Origin: Trichodesmium erythraeum IMS101
Lineage (GTDB): Bacteria > Cyanobacteriota > Cyanobacteriia > Cyanobacteriales > Microcoleaceae
Direction of reading: 5' to 3'
Length of the DNA: 32,000 nt
Assembly (NCBI RefSeq): GCF_000014265.1
Contig: NC_008312.1
Coordinates: forward strand, 900,001-932,000
A program made the translations under genes and the position numbers. Within the stretch, counting starts at the first letter, position 1. Every line of letters starts with the position of its first letter. Positions 13,573 through 23,676 of this stretch are shown one piece after another. Under the pieces are notes generated by a model, which was not told the origin of the DNA, did no database searches, and saw nothing but the letters and a program-made list of their open reading frames with translations.

Positions 13573-16500
13573 ATGAAACCTAATAGCTCAAAACTCTGCA
13601 CCATAACAGCTCTGAGTTTAATACTAGGCACATTAGCCACCACTCCCGCTAACTCCCAGCCCATAACCCCGGCTAAGGACGGTACCAATACTACTGTTAC
13701 TCCACAGGGCCAACAATTTCATATTAAAGGTGGGACTCGCAGTGGTACTAATGTATTTCACAGCTTTGATAAGTTTAATGTGCACTCTGGTCAAACTGCC
13801 AACTTTGTCACGACCCCGGATACTCGCAACGTTCTCGGACGAGTTAAGGGAGGCGCTTCTTATATTAATGGTCTTATTCAGGTTCTAGGTAGCAGCTCTA
13901 ACCTCTTCTTAATGAACCCCGCAGGCATAATGTTTGGCCCAAACGCCAGCCTCAATGTACCTGCGTCATTCAGTGTTACTACTGCTACTGGTATTGGTTT
14001 TGACCAGAATAATTTCTGGTTCAAGGCTATGGGCACTAATGACTATTCAAATTTGGTCGGAAACCCTAGTGGTTATAGGTTTGATGTTTCTAAGCCTGGT
14101 TCTATTGTTAATGAAGGGAATTTAACTTTAAAACCCCAAGGAAATTTAACTTTGTCGGGTGGAACTGTTGTTAATACAGGGGAACTCTCTAGCCCTGGGG
14201 GTAATATTACTGTCACTGCTGTCGAAGGTGGTAGTACCCTGAAAATATCTCAACCAGGACATTTGTTAAGTTTAGAAGTACCCCTAGAGGATGGAGAAAA
14301 TATTTCTAATATTGATCCTCTATCTTTACCAGAGTTATTAGCTGGTGGAGGAGATATCGTTGAGGCTACATCTGTCGTTGTTAAAGAGAATGGTGATGTG
14401 GTTTTGAATGGTTCAAATACTATGGTGGCTGAGACTCCGGGAACGGCAACTATTTCGGGAAAGATAGATGTATCAACTACTGCTACTTCTCTTAAGGAGA
14501 AGGGGCGTGTTCCTAGTCAGAGAAAGAAGGAGGGTGCTGCTAGTCCAGGAAAGATAGATGTTCCTCCTTCCCTCAAGGAGAAGAGAGATGTTGCTAAGGC
14601 CGGTAAAGTTAATGTGTGGGGCGATCGCGTGGCTCTTATAGATACAAATATCAAGGCTGATGGCAAAAATGGGGGTGGAACTGTATTAATAGGAGGAGAT
14701 TTTCAAGGGTTGGGTATAGTTCCTAATTCTCAGCATACTTTTGTTAATAATAATTCATTTATTTCTGCGGATGCTATCACAAATGGTGATGGAGGTCAAG
14801 TTAGAATTTGGTCGGATGGTATTACTAATTTTGCGGGAAATATTAGTGCTAAAGGCGGCACATCTTCGGGAAATGGAGGGTTGGTTAAAATTGGGGGAAA
14901 AGAACAATTAATCTTTGATGGAAAGGTGGATGTTACTGCGGCTTTAGGAACTAAAGGTAGGATTTTATTAGACCCAGAAAGTGTGACGGTGGGAGAGGAT
15001 AATTCGGAAGGTGAAAAGGAAATTGTCGAGGATAATTCGGAGGTTTCTGAGACAGAAAATACTGATAATTATGATGGGGAAATTATTGAGGATAATTCCG
15101 AGGTTTCTGAGACAGAAAATACTGATAATTATAATGGGGAAATTGTCGAGGATAATTCCGAGGTTTCTGAGACCGAAAATACTGATAATTCCACAACAAA
15201 AAATACTGATAATTTAGAAGATAAAGAAACAGAAAATCCTCTTGATCCTTTTGCTGCTGATGAGAATTCTGATGTGACTATTTCGGCGGATAATTTAGGG
15301 GAATTATCGGGGAATGTGATTATTGATGCTGATAATGATATTACCATAAATGAAAGGATAGAAACTGATTCTTCTGTGGAGTTAAAGGCTGGTCGAAGTA
15401 TTAATATAAATGCGGATATTGATACTAAGAGTGGAAATGGGAATATTGATTTATTGGGTAATAATGATGAGATGAATTTGGCGAACCGTTCTGATGGGAA
15501 AGGTTCAATAAATCAATTGGATGGAACAATTTTAAATGCTGGAAGTGGTGGAATTAATATTAAGTTGGGAAGTTTAGGGGAGGTAGGTGATATAAATCTG
15601 GGAAATTTAAGGACGACAGGGAAGGTTTTGGTTGATGCGAATGGGGGAAATATTGTTAGAGTTTCTGAGAATTCTTTGATAAATGCGGGGAGTGTTTTGT
15701 TTAGAACTTCTGGGAATGGAGGTATAGGTTTTCTTGGTCAACCTTTGCGGTTAGATGTGCAGAATTTGGAGGCGGTTTCTGGTAGTGGTGGGGTGTTTTT
15801 TGATGTGGGAAATGTGAATATTGGTGGTGTGAGTGAGGATGTGGTTGGTATTGCTACTTTTGGAGGAGATGTTGATATTAAGAGTGCGGGAAATGTGACT
15901 TTAAATGAAACTATTTCTAGTAATGAGGTTGTGGAGAATAATTCTGAGGGGGGAACTACGGAAAATACGGAGGTTGTTGATGGAGGTGGTGGGATAAACA
16001 TTGAAGCGGCGGGAGATATTGTGGCTACGGGTAGTGGTATTAAAGGTGGTGGGGAAGCTGTTTCTTTGTCTGGGACTAATATTAGGATAAATGATGAATT
16101 TGATGAGACTTCTGGGGATGCGGATGTTAAGTTGTCGGCCACAAATGATATTGTTGTTGAGGATATAGAGGATGATGTGTTGGAGTTTATGCCTGGGAGT
16201 GGGGAGATAGAATTTCGTGCGGATAAAGATGGGGATGGGTTTGGTCTTGTGAAGATGTTGGATAATAAGCCGGATGTTGGGAGTAACCCTGATATTTTTG
16301 AGAATGGGGCGGATACTATTAAGACTAATGGGCGAGGTTTGACTATTGCTGGTGCTGGTCTGGTTTTGGGGAATGTTGATACTTCTTGGTTGCCTATTTA
16401 TTCTGGTGGTGGGGAGTTGTTGAAGGCGATCGATGTGGATGAGGGGGGGCCAATACCTCCGGAAGGTACAGAAGGTACTACAACATTTACTTTTACTGTA

Positions 16501-19500
16501 GATGGTGACTTGGGAACTGTAGAAAATATAGACGTTCGCTTTTCTGCGGCATATACTCACACTGGGGACTTAGACGTTAGTCTGGAATCACCCCAAGGGA
16601 AGGTAGTACAATTGTTTGCAGGTGTTGGTCGTTGGGGAGATAACTTTCAGGATACTGTGTTAGATGATAATGCTTCTAGAAGTATTGGCATAAGCAATGC
16701 TCCGTTTGATGGTAGATATAGTCCCCAAGGAAGTTTAGTAGATTTTAATGGAGAAAATCCTAAGGGAATTTGGACTTTGAAGGTAAAGGATACCAATATA
16801 TTTTCAAATTTGGCTGATGGTAATTTATACAGAGCTGGTGAGACTGCTCCCTGGGGAACTGCCATAGGTACACAACTGTTGCTGCATAACCCTCTTGTTA
16901 AGATTGCTGGAGGAATAGAAAGTGGAAAAGGTGGAGCGATCAACCTAGAAGCAACTCATGGTGATATTAGTGTGGGAAATATTCGTAGTTTGAGCGAAGC
17001 TGCTAATGGGGGAAGAATTGACCTGAATGCTAATAAGGATATTATTACTGGTCTGATTAATTCTAGTTCTGCTTCTGTGCAAGGAAATGGAGGAGCAATT
17101 GATTTGGATGCTGGTGGCAATATCACTACACAATCCCTCAATTCTAGGTCCTATTCCTGGGAAGGCAACTCAGGAAATGGAGGAACCATTGATTTGGATG
17201 CTGGAGGCAATATCACTACACAATCTCTCTATTCCAGCTCCTATTCCGGGTCTGGCAACTCAGGAGATGGAGGAGCAATTGATTTGGATGCTGGTGGTGA
17301 TATCACTACTACACAAGACCTTGATTCCAGCTCCTATTCCTGGGAAAGCAACTTAGGAAATGGAGGAGCAATTGATTTGGATGCTGGTGGCAATATCACT
17401 ACACAAGTCCTTGATTCCAGATCCTTTTCCTGGGAAGGCAACTCAGGAAATGGAGGAGCAATTGATTTGGATGCTGGTGGCAATATCACTACACAAATCC
17501 TTGATTCCTGTTCCTATTCCGGGTCTTACGACTCAGGAAATGGAGGAGCAATTGATTTGGTAGCTGGCGGCGATATCACTACACAAAACCTCTATTCCGA
17601 TTCCTTTTCCAGGTCTGGCAACTCAGGAAATGGAGGAGCAATTGATTTAGTAGCTGGTGGCGATATCACTATACAAGACCTCTATTCCTTCTCCTATTCA
17701 GGATCTGGCAACTCAGGAAATGGAGGAGACATAACACTGAATGCAAAACAAATTAACCCTCCAGAAGACGGAAATGCAGAAAAACTAACAATCTATACAT
17801 TTTCAGCAGGAAAAAAAGAATCTGAGGAAGGAAAAGGTGGAGACGTTAACATTACCACCAACAATCTCAGCAACACAGACATATTAACACTATCCTCCCA
17901 CTCTGGATCAGGGAAAGTAACAATAGAAAGTCAGACACAAGAACCACTTCAAATAAAAGACTCATCCATTATTACTAGTGAAAAAATAACAATAACAATG
18001 CCTTGGGGTGAAGAAATACAAGTTGAAACAGGAGATACCCAATCAGGGGACGTCTCCATTAACAGTTCCGGCGACCTCAACCTCAGCAACGTCACCATAG
18101 AAAGCGACACCGAAAGTAACCAAGCCGCCGGAGACGTCAACATCTACAGCCGCGGCAACATCACACTCGAAAACACCGACATCATCAGCACCACCAACTC
18201 CCAAGGCAACGCCGGCCAAATCACCTTAGAAAGCAACCAAAACATAGAACTCACCAACAACAGCAAAATCCTAGCCAACACAGAAGGAACCGGAAACGCA
18301 GGTCAAATAAACATAGAAGCCAACAAACTCATCCTAGACCAAAACACCAAACTAATCACAGAAACCGCAAGAGCTGGAAACCCCGGAAACATAAACATCC
18401 AAGCCAACACCATAGACATAGGAGAAGGCGCTAAAGCCAGCACCACAGTCTTAACAGGTTCAACCAGCACCGGAGAAGGAGGCAACATCACCATCAACAC
18501 AAACGAACTCAACGTCACAGGAAAACTCGGAATATTTGCCGAAACCGAAGCGAGCAAAAACGCCGGTATCCTTCGCATCTCACCCTACAAAAACAACCCC
18601 GACCTAGACATCACCTTCAAAAACGAGGGCTTCATCTCCGCCTCCACCTCATCCACAGGCAACGGAGGCAACATATTCATCAAAGCCCCAGAAAACATCA
18701 ACATAACAGGCCAAGGGTTCATTGCCACCAAAACATCAGGCACAGGTAACGCCGGAATTATCGACATCAAAACCAACAACCTGAGAATATCCAATGGAGT
18801 CAAAATCAATGCTTCCACAGAAGACCAAGGCAACGCCGGCGAAATCAAAATCAACACCACAGACTTCACCCTAGAAAAAGGAACAAGTCTAACAACAGAA
18901 ACCAGCAGCGCCGGACTAGCCGGAAACATAGAAATAAACACCAAAAACCTCACAATAGGACAAAACGCCCAAATAAGTGCCACAGCACTAGAAGGAGCCA
19001 GCAACAAAGAAGCAGGAGGCAACATCACCATCAACGCCAATAACCTAGACATATCAGGAAAACTAGGAATATTCGCGGAAACCGCAGGAGAAAGCCCTGC
19101 AGGCACCCTCACCCTGAACCCATATAAAAACAACCCCAACCTAAATATAGAATTCAAAGAAAAAGGCTTCATTTCTGCTCGCACCACCTCCAGTGGCAAC
19201 GGAGGCAACATAAATATTCAAGCACCAGAAAAAATCAACATTACAGGAGACGGAAAAATATCAGCCGAAACCACAGGGAGTGGAAATGCAGGCACCATCA
19301 ATATCCAAACAGAAAACCTCAACCTATCAGAGCAAGTAGCCATAAGTGCCGAAACCAACAGTCAAGGTCAAGCCGGAAACATTGAAATTAACTCCCAAAC
19401 AGTTACCATAGGAAAAGGCACAGAAATAAGTGCAACAGCCGGAAAAAAAGCAACAAGCACCGGAGATGGAGGCAACATCACCATCAACACCAACGACCTA

Positions 19501-22500
19501 GAAATCTCAGGAAAACTAGGAATATTCGCCGAAACCAAAGGAGCATCAAACGCCGGAACCTTAACCATCACCCCTTACCAAACCAACCCAGACCTCAATA
19601 GCAAAACCGACCCAAACATCAATATTACCTTCACCGACCAAGGCTTCATTTCTGCTAGCACCAAATCTCTGGGAAAGGGAGGCGACATCAATATATTGGC
19701 ACCAGAAAACATAAATATTACAGGAGATGGTCGGATAACAGTTGAAAGCGAAGGTAGTGGAGATGCAGGCATTATTAACATTGAAACAGAAAACCTGACA
19801 ATAGCCGAAAACACAAAAATATCAGCATCCACATCCGACAGCGGAAACGGAGGCGAAATCAAAATTAACTCTAGCGAAACATTCCAACTACAAGGCCGAA
19901 TATTAACAGAAACCACAGGAACAGGAGATGGAGGCATTATCAATATTGAAGCAGGAGAAATAACTGCGCCTAACAGCAAGATATCAGCTAAAACTACCGA
20001 CGCCGGCAACGCAGGTACAATAGATATTACTGCCCAAGGAGATATTACCACAGGAGTTGTTACCTCCGCCGCCAAAAATGACATAGAAACCGCTGACGGA
20101 GGTAGCATTAGTATTACCAGTGAACAAGGAAAAATTAACGCCACCCGAGCAATTCAATCATTTTCAGAAGGAGGGAACGCCGGAAATGTTACCCTCAAAG
20201 CCCAAACAGACATAACCGCCAATACCATAAGTTCTCACGGAAAGCAAGAGGGTGGTCAAATAACCATCAGATCAGAAACCGGAAATATTGACACCAGTAG
20301 TGGTAAATTCTTAGCCAACTATTCAGGAGGCGGTGACGCGGGAGACATTACAATGGAAGCACCCCAAGGAAATATTACCACAAATAATATCTATTCCTAC
20401 GCCGACGGAGACGGAGGTCAAATAAACATTAAAGCCGGAAACAATATTAATATAGAAGGAAAAAGTAATATTATTTCCGCATCCAAGTCACCAAGTGATG
20501 GTAGCAGTGATATGCCAGGAAAAGGAGGAGATATTACTCTAGAAGCAGGCAATAATATTAATACCAGAACAGCAAAAATATATTCCGGTGCGAACGAGGG
20601 CGATACAGGAAAAATTGATATTACTGCAGATAATGCAATAGAAACAGGTAAAATAGACTTAGTATCAGGTTTTGTCAAAGAAAAAGAAAAAGTCAACGAA
20701 AACTTTACTATTATTCCCAAAGGAGAAGGAGAAGCAACTCAAGGAAAAGCTGGAGACATCAGACTCCGCAGCAGAAACAGTACAATAGATACCACAGGCG
20801 GCACAATAAATTCTCGTTCCCCAGACGGCACCGGAAATATTATTATCAATGCCAAAGGAAATATTAGCACAGGGAAATTAGAAGCCAGCGCCCTTAACCC
20901 AGACAAGCCTACCACAGGTGGAGACGTTAATATTACCAGCGAGCAAGGAGAAATTAATGCAACTCAAAACATAGAAACCTTCTCAGAACAAGGTATAGCA
21001 GGAGATGTAAATATTACTGCCTTTGGTCAGATCCAGACAAATAACATTAGTTCCCAGGGAATGAAACGGGGAGGTGATATTAATATCAGGAGTGATAGTG
21101 AAAGTAGTATAGATGCAGCAGGAGTATTACAAACATATTCAGATGCAGGAACAGCAGGAAATGTCAACCTCACATCCCCAGGGGATGTTAATATTAGCGG
21201 CATTCGTTCAGAAGGAATGGAGCAGGGAGGTGATATTAATATTAGGAGTGAACGGGGAGAAATTAACTCCACAGGTGATATAGACTCCTATTCAAAACAA
21301 GGAAAAGGAGGATACGTCAAGGTAGATGCCCTAGAAAGAGTAAATTTAGCAAATGTATCATCCTACGGCATGACAGAAAGTGGTGACTTAATTATTCAGA
21401 GCCAACAAGCAAAAGTTAACACAGGCAATGTCACAACACAAGCTTTAGAGGGAAAGAGTGGACGTATAGTCATCAACGGAACAGAAGTAGGTACAGGAAA
21501 CTTAAGTTCTATCGGCACAACAAGCGCCGGAGAAATTAAAGTCACAGCCACAGATGGTTCCATAAAAACCTATAATGTAGAAATAAGATCAGATGGCACA
21601 ATAGGAGTTTTAAGCCTGAAAGCAACAGAAGATATTAACACAGGAGACCAAACAGCTATTGCTGGAGAGGGTGATGTTTTTATTGATAACGATGCTGGAG
21701 ATGACCTGACCACAGGAGACCAAACGGCCATTACTGGAGAGGGTGATGCTTTTATTGATAACGATGCCGGAGATGACCTGACCACAGGAGACCAAACAGC
21801 TATTACTGGAGGGGGTGATGTTTTTATTGATAACGATGCCGGAGATGACCTGACCACAGGAGACCAAACAGCTATTACTGGAGGGGGTGATGCTTTTATT
21901 GATAACCATGCCGGAGATGAACTGACCACAGGAGACCAAACAGCTATTACTGGAGGGGGTGATGCTTTTATTGATAACGATGCCGGAGATGACCTAACCA
22001 CAGGAGAGAAAACAGTTATTACTGGAAATGTTACTGCTACTGTAACTAATTTTATTCAAAATGATGGAGTGGATCAAAATCTAGATACTACTGTAACTAA
22101 TTTTATTCAAAATGATGGAGTGAATCAAAATCTAGATACTACCTCAGTAATTTCTAATAACAATATACCTAATAATCAAGTACTTAATCAAGAAAATTTC
22201 TCTAATAATAACAATAACAATATTGAGAATAATTCCACTACAAATTCCTCAAACAATAAAAACATTTTATCAAATCTTACCCAGTCTCAAAGATCTGAAT
22301 TAATTTCAAATTCTACCCTCAGCAACAATAACCAAACAACTAATACAAATACAGCCCAAGAACAAACAGAATCATCTATTAATAGTACAACGGATACCCA
22401 AAAAATCTTAAACATAATTGATACCGTCAATACCAATTCCTTGACAGTTGCGACTGGTTCAGACCAAGTAATAACAATGTTAGAACAAAACCTTACTAAC

Positions 22501-23676
22501 GAATATTCTAATTACTTTGGAACAGATTTTAAGGAACAATTTATTAACCAAAAAACACCCCGAGAAATCTTAACCGATATGGCTGCTAAAACAGGAAAAG
22601 AATCTGCAGTTGTTTATATTAATGCTTATCCAGAGGAATTACAAATAATTTTATATACCAAAGATGGTCAACCTATTCTTAAAACTATCCCGGAAGCTAA
22701 CCGTAAAAAATTAGAGAAAGTAGTTATAAATTTCCTCAAATTAACGACAAGTCCTGCCTATCGTGATTTTAATAGTTATCTATCACCAGCAAAACAATTA
22801 TATGATTGGTTCATTGCACCTATATCAGCAGAATTAGAAGCAGCAAATATCGATACCTTATTGTTCAGTATGGGTGAAGGTTTACGTATTTTACCAGTGG
22901 CAGCATTACATGATGGAAAGCAATTTTTAATTGAGAAATATAGCCTAAGTTTAATTCCGAGTATCAGCTTAATGGATACAAATTATCGCCCACTTCAAGG
23001 TACTCAAGTATTAGCTATGGGAGCTAGTAAATTTATCAATGAAAAACCTTTACCAGCAGTACCTGTGGAGATAGAAACAATTTCTGAACAGTTATGGGAA
23101 GGTAGTAAATTTTTAAACGAAGAATTTACCAAGAATAATTTGTTAACTCAAAGAAAAAATTATCCCTATCCTATTATTCACTTAGCTACCCATGCAACAT
23201 TTAATAGAGGAAAACCTAGTAATTCTTACATTCAGCTATGGGGTAATGAACAAATAAAGTTAGACCAAGTGCGGGAGTTGGGTTGGAGTACCCCATCGGT
23301 TGACTTGTTGGTATTGTCTGCTTGTCGCACTGCTGTAGGAAATAGAGAAGCGGAATTAGGGTTTGCAGGGTTAGCAGTAGCAGCAGGAGTGAAGTCAGCC
23401 TTAACGAGCCTTTGGACTGTAAGTGATGAAGGTACATTGGCATTAATGACAGAGTTTTATACTCATTTGAATAATGTCAGTATTAAAGCAGAAGCGTTAA
23501 GACAGGCGCAGTTAGCAATGTTGCAAGGGCAGGTGCTTATTACAGGTGGGGAGTTGAGGGGAAGCAGCACTCGTGGTGGGGTGGAGCTACCTTCGGCGTT
23601 CGCAAATGTAAACAATCAAAATTTATCTCATCCTTATTATTGGGCAGGGTTTACTATGGTTGGTAGTCCTTGGTAA
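13573..23676 (+). CDS. Giant secreted TPS-domain / beta-helix / P-domain / CHAT-protease protein, array copy C (3367 aa from ATG 13573; in-frame TTG at 13570), a mosaic paralogue of copy B
   Basis: Uninterrupted 10.1-kb ORF with the same domain order as copy B. Long tracts are identical to B, interleaved with diverged patches. Confidence 0.95.
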   Translation: MKPNSSKLCTITALSLILGTLATTPANSQPITPAKDGTNTTVTPQGQQFHIKGGTRSGTNVFHSFDKFNVHSGQTANFVTTPDTRNVLGRVKGGASYINGLIQVLGSSSNLFLMNPAGIMFGPNASLNVPASFSVTTATGIGFDQNNFWFKAMGTNDYSNLVGNPSGYRFDVSKPGSIVNEGNLTLKPQGNLTLSGGTVVNTGELSSPGGNITVTAVEGGSTLKISQPGHLLSLEVPLEDGENISNIDPLSLPELLAGGGDIVEATSVVVKENGDVVLNGSNTMVAETPGTATISGKIDVSTTATSLKEKGRVPSQRKKEGAASPGKIDVPPSLKEKRDVAKAGKVNVWGDRVALIDTNIKADGKNGGGTVLIGGDFQGLGIVPNSQHTFVNNNSFISADAITNGDGGQVRIWSDGITNFAGNISAKGGTSSGNGGLVKIGGKEQLIFDGKVDVTAALGTKGRILLDPESVTVGEDNSEGEKEIVEDNSEVSETENTDNYDGEIIEDNSEVSETENTDNYNGEIVEDNSEVSETENTDNSTTKNTDNLEDKETENPLDPFAADENSDVTISADNLGELSGNVIIDADNDITINERIETDSSVELKAGRSININADIDTKSGNGNIDLLGNNDEMNLANRSDGKGSINQLDGTILNAGSGGINIKLGSLGEVGDINLGNLRTTGKVLVDANGGNIVRVSENSLINAGSVLFRTSGNGGIGFLGQPLRLDVQNLEAVSGSGGVFFDVGNVNIGGVSEDVVGIATFGGDVDIKSAGNVTLNETISSNEVVENNSEGGTTENTEVVDGGGGINIEAAGDIVATGSGIKGGGEAVSLSGTNIRINDEFDETSGDADVKLSATNDIVVEDIEDDVLEFMPGSGEIEFRADKDGDGFGLVKMLDNKPDVGSNPDIFENGADTIKTNGRGLTIAGAGLVLGNVDTSWLPIYSGGGELLKAIDVDEGGPIPPEGTEGTTTFTFTVDGDLGTVENIDVRFSAAYTHTGDLDVSLESPQGKVVQLFAGVGRWGDNFQDTVLDDNASRSIGISNAPFDGRYSPQGSLVDFNGENPKGIWTLKVKDTNIFSNLADGNLYRAGETAPWGTAIGTQLLLHNPLVKIAGGIESGKGGAINLEATHGDISVGNIRSLSEAANGGRIDLNANKDIITGLINSSSASVQGNGGAIDLDAGGNITTQSLNSRSYSWEGNSGNGGTIDLDAGGNITTQSLYSSSYSGSGNSGDGGAIDLDAGGDITTTQDLDSSSYSWESNLGNGGAIDLDAGGNITTQVLDSRSFSWEGNSGNGGAIDLDAGGNITTQILDSCSYSGSYDSGNGGAIDLVAGGDITTQNLYSDSFSRSGNSGNGGAIDLVAGGDITIQDLYSFSYSGSGNSGNGGDITLNAKQINPPEDGNAEKLTIYTFSAGKKESEEGKGGDVNITTNNLSNTDILTLSSHSGSGKVTIESQTQEPLQIKDSSIITSEKITITMPWGEEIQVETGDTQSGDVSINSSGDLNLSNVTIESDTESNQAAGDVNIYSRGNITLENTDIISTTNSQGNAGQITLESNQNIELTNNSKILANTEGTGNAGQINIEANKLILDQNTKLITETARAGNPGNINIQANTIDIGEGAKASTTVLTGSTSTGEGGNITINTNELNVTGKLGIFAETEASKNAGILRISPYKNNPDLDITFKNEGFISASTSSTGNGGNIFIKAPENINITGQGFIATKTSGTGNAGIIDIKTNNLRISNGVKINASTEDQGNAGEIKINTTDFTLEKGTSLTTETSSAGLAGNIEINTKNLTIGQNAQISATALEGASNKEAGGNITINANNLDISGKLGIFAETAGESPAGTLTLNPYKNNPNLNIEFKEKGFISARTTSSGNGGNINIQAPEKINITGDGKISAETTGSGNAGTINIQTENLNLSEQVAISAETNSQGQAGNIEINSQTVTIGKGTEISATAGKKATSTGDGGNITINTNDLEISGKLGIFAETKGASNAGTLTITPYQTNPDLNSKTDPNINITFTDQGFISASTKSLGKGGDINILAPENINITGDGRITVESEGSGDAGIINIETENLTIAENTKISASTSDSGNGGEIKINSSETFQLQGRILTETTGTGDGGIINIEAGEITAPNSKISAKTTDAGNAGTIDITAQGDITTGVVTSAAKNDIETADGGSISITSEQGKINATRAIQSFSEGGNAGNVTLKAQTDITANTISSHGKQEGGQITIRSETGNIDTSSGKFLANYSGGGDAGDITMEAPQGNITTNNIYSYADGDGGQINIKAGNNINIEGKSNIISASKSPSDGSSDMPGKGGDITLEAGNNINTRTAKIYSGANEGDTGKIDITADNAIETGKIDLVSGFVKEKEKVNENFTIIPKGEGEATQGKAGDIRLRSRNSTIDTTGGTINSRSPDGTGNIIINAKGNISTGKLEASALNPDKPTTGGDVNITSEQGEINATQNIETFSEQGIAGDVNITAFGQIQTNNISSQGMKRGGDINIRSDSESSIDAAGVLQTYSDAGTAGNVNLTSPGDVNISGIRSEGMEQGGDINIRSERGEINSTGDIDSYSKQGKGGYVKVDALERVNLANVSSYGMTESGDLIIQSQQAKVNTGNVTTQALEGKSGRIVINGTEVGTGNLSSIGTTSAGEIKVTATDGSIKTYNVEIRSDGTIGVLSLKATEDINTGDQTAIAGEGDVFIDNDAGDDLTTGDQTAITGEGDAFIDNDAGDDLTTGDQTAITGGGDVFIDNDAGDDLTTGDQTAITGGGDAFIDNHAGDELTTGDQTAITGGGDAFIDNDAGDDLTTGEKTVITGNVTATVTNFIQNDGVDQNLDTTVTNFIQNDGVNQNLDTTSVISNNNIPNNQVLNQENFSNNNNNNIENNSTTNSSNNKNILSNLTQSQRSELISNSTLSNNNQTTNTNTAQEQTESSINSTTDTQKILNIIDTVNTNSLTVATGSDQVITMLEQNLTNEYSNYFGTDFKEQFINQKTPREILTDMAAKTGKESAVVYINAYPEELQIILYTKDGQPILKTIPEANRKKLEKVVINFLKLTTSPAYRDFNSYLSPAKQLYDWFIAPISAELEAANIDTLLFSMGEGLRILPVAALHDGKQFLIEKYSLSLIPSISLMDTNYRPLQGTQVLAMGASKFINEKPLPAVPVEIETISEQLWEGSKFLNEEFTKNNLLTQRKNYPYPIIHLATHATFNRGKPSNSYIQLWGNEQIKLDQVRELGWSTPSVDLLVLSACRTAVGNREAELGFAGLAVAAGVKSALTSLWTVSDEGTLALMTEFYTHLNNVSIKAEALRQAQLAMLQGQVLITGGELRGSSTRGGVELPSAFANVNNQNLSHPYYWAGFTMVGSPW
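13660..14289 (+). other. TPS / haemagglutination-activity domain, copy C
   Basis: The first ~160 residues are identical to copy B. Small substitution patches follow (NLVGNPSGY, EGNLTLKPQGNLTLSGG). Confidence 0.85.
15019..15190 (+). repeat. Acidic 60-nt coding repeat (EI(V/I)EDNSEVSETENTDNY.G) x3
   Basis: Unit starts at 15019, 15079 and 15139. That is one unit more than copy B, and the KDKKPDTP repeats are replaced by STTKNTDNLEDKETENP. Confidence 0.85.
16474..16885 (+). other. P-domain, copy C (strongly diverged from copy B)
   Basis: GTTTFTFTVDGDLGTVENIDVRFSAAYTHTGDLDVSLESPQGKVVQLFAGVGRWGDNFQDTVLDDNASRSIGISNAPFDGRYSPQGSLVDFNGENPKGIWTLKVKDTNIFSNLADGNL. Confidence 0.8.
17083..17745 (+). repeat. 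90/93-nt tandem coding repeat, 7 full units plus a terminal degenerate unit (versus 9 in copy B)
   Basis: G(N/D)GG(A/T)IDL unit starts at 17083, 17173, 17263, 17356, 17446, 17536 and 17626; the terminal GNGGDITL is at 17716. Units differ from one another more than those in copy B do. Confidence 0.9.
18478..19958 (+). repeat. Three tandem ~150-180-aa macro-modules (counterpart of 7570-9050)
   Basis: Protein is near-identical to copy B across this tract. Confidence 0.8.
21640..22030 (+). repeat. 72-nt (24-aa) acidic tandem coding repeat, 5 units plus 1 degenerate unit: TGDQTAITG(E/G)GD(A/V)FIDNDAGDDLT
   Basis: Unit starts at 21640, 21712, 21784, 21856 and 21928, with a degenerate unit at 22000. 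It occupies the position of the 69-nt Asn/Gln-rich array of copies A and B. Confidence 0.95.
22039..22140 (+). repeat. 51-nt (17-aa) coding repeat x2: TVTNFIQNDGV(D/N)QNLDT
   Basis: actgtaactaattttattcaaaatgatggagtg occurs at 22039 and 22090. Confidence 0.85.
22585..23673 (+). other. CHAT (caspase-like) protease domain, copy C
   Basis: Same motifs as copy B, with His codon 23191-23193 and Cys codon 23323-23325. There are a few substitutions near the 3' end (NNVSIKAEAL versus NDAKIKSEAL; FTMVG versus FTIVG). Confidence 0.85.
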
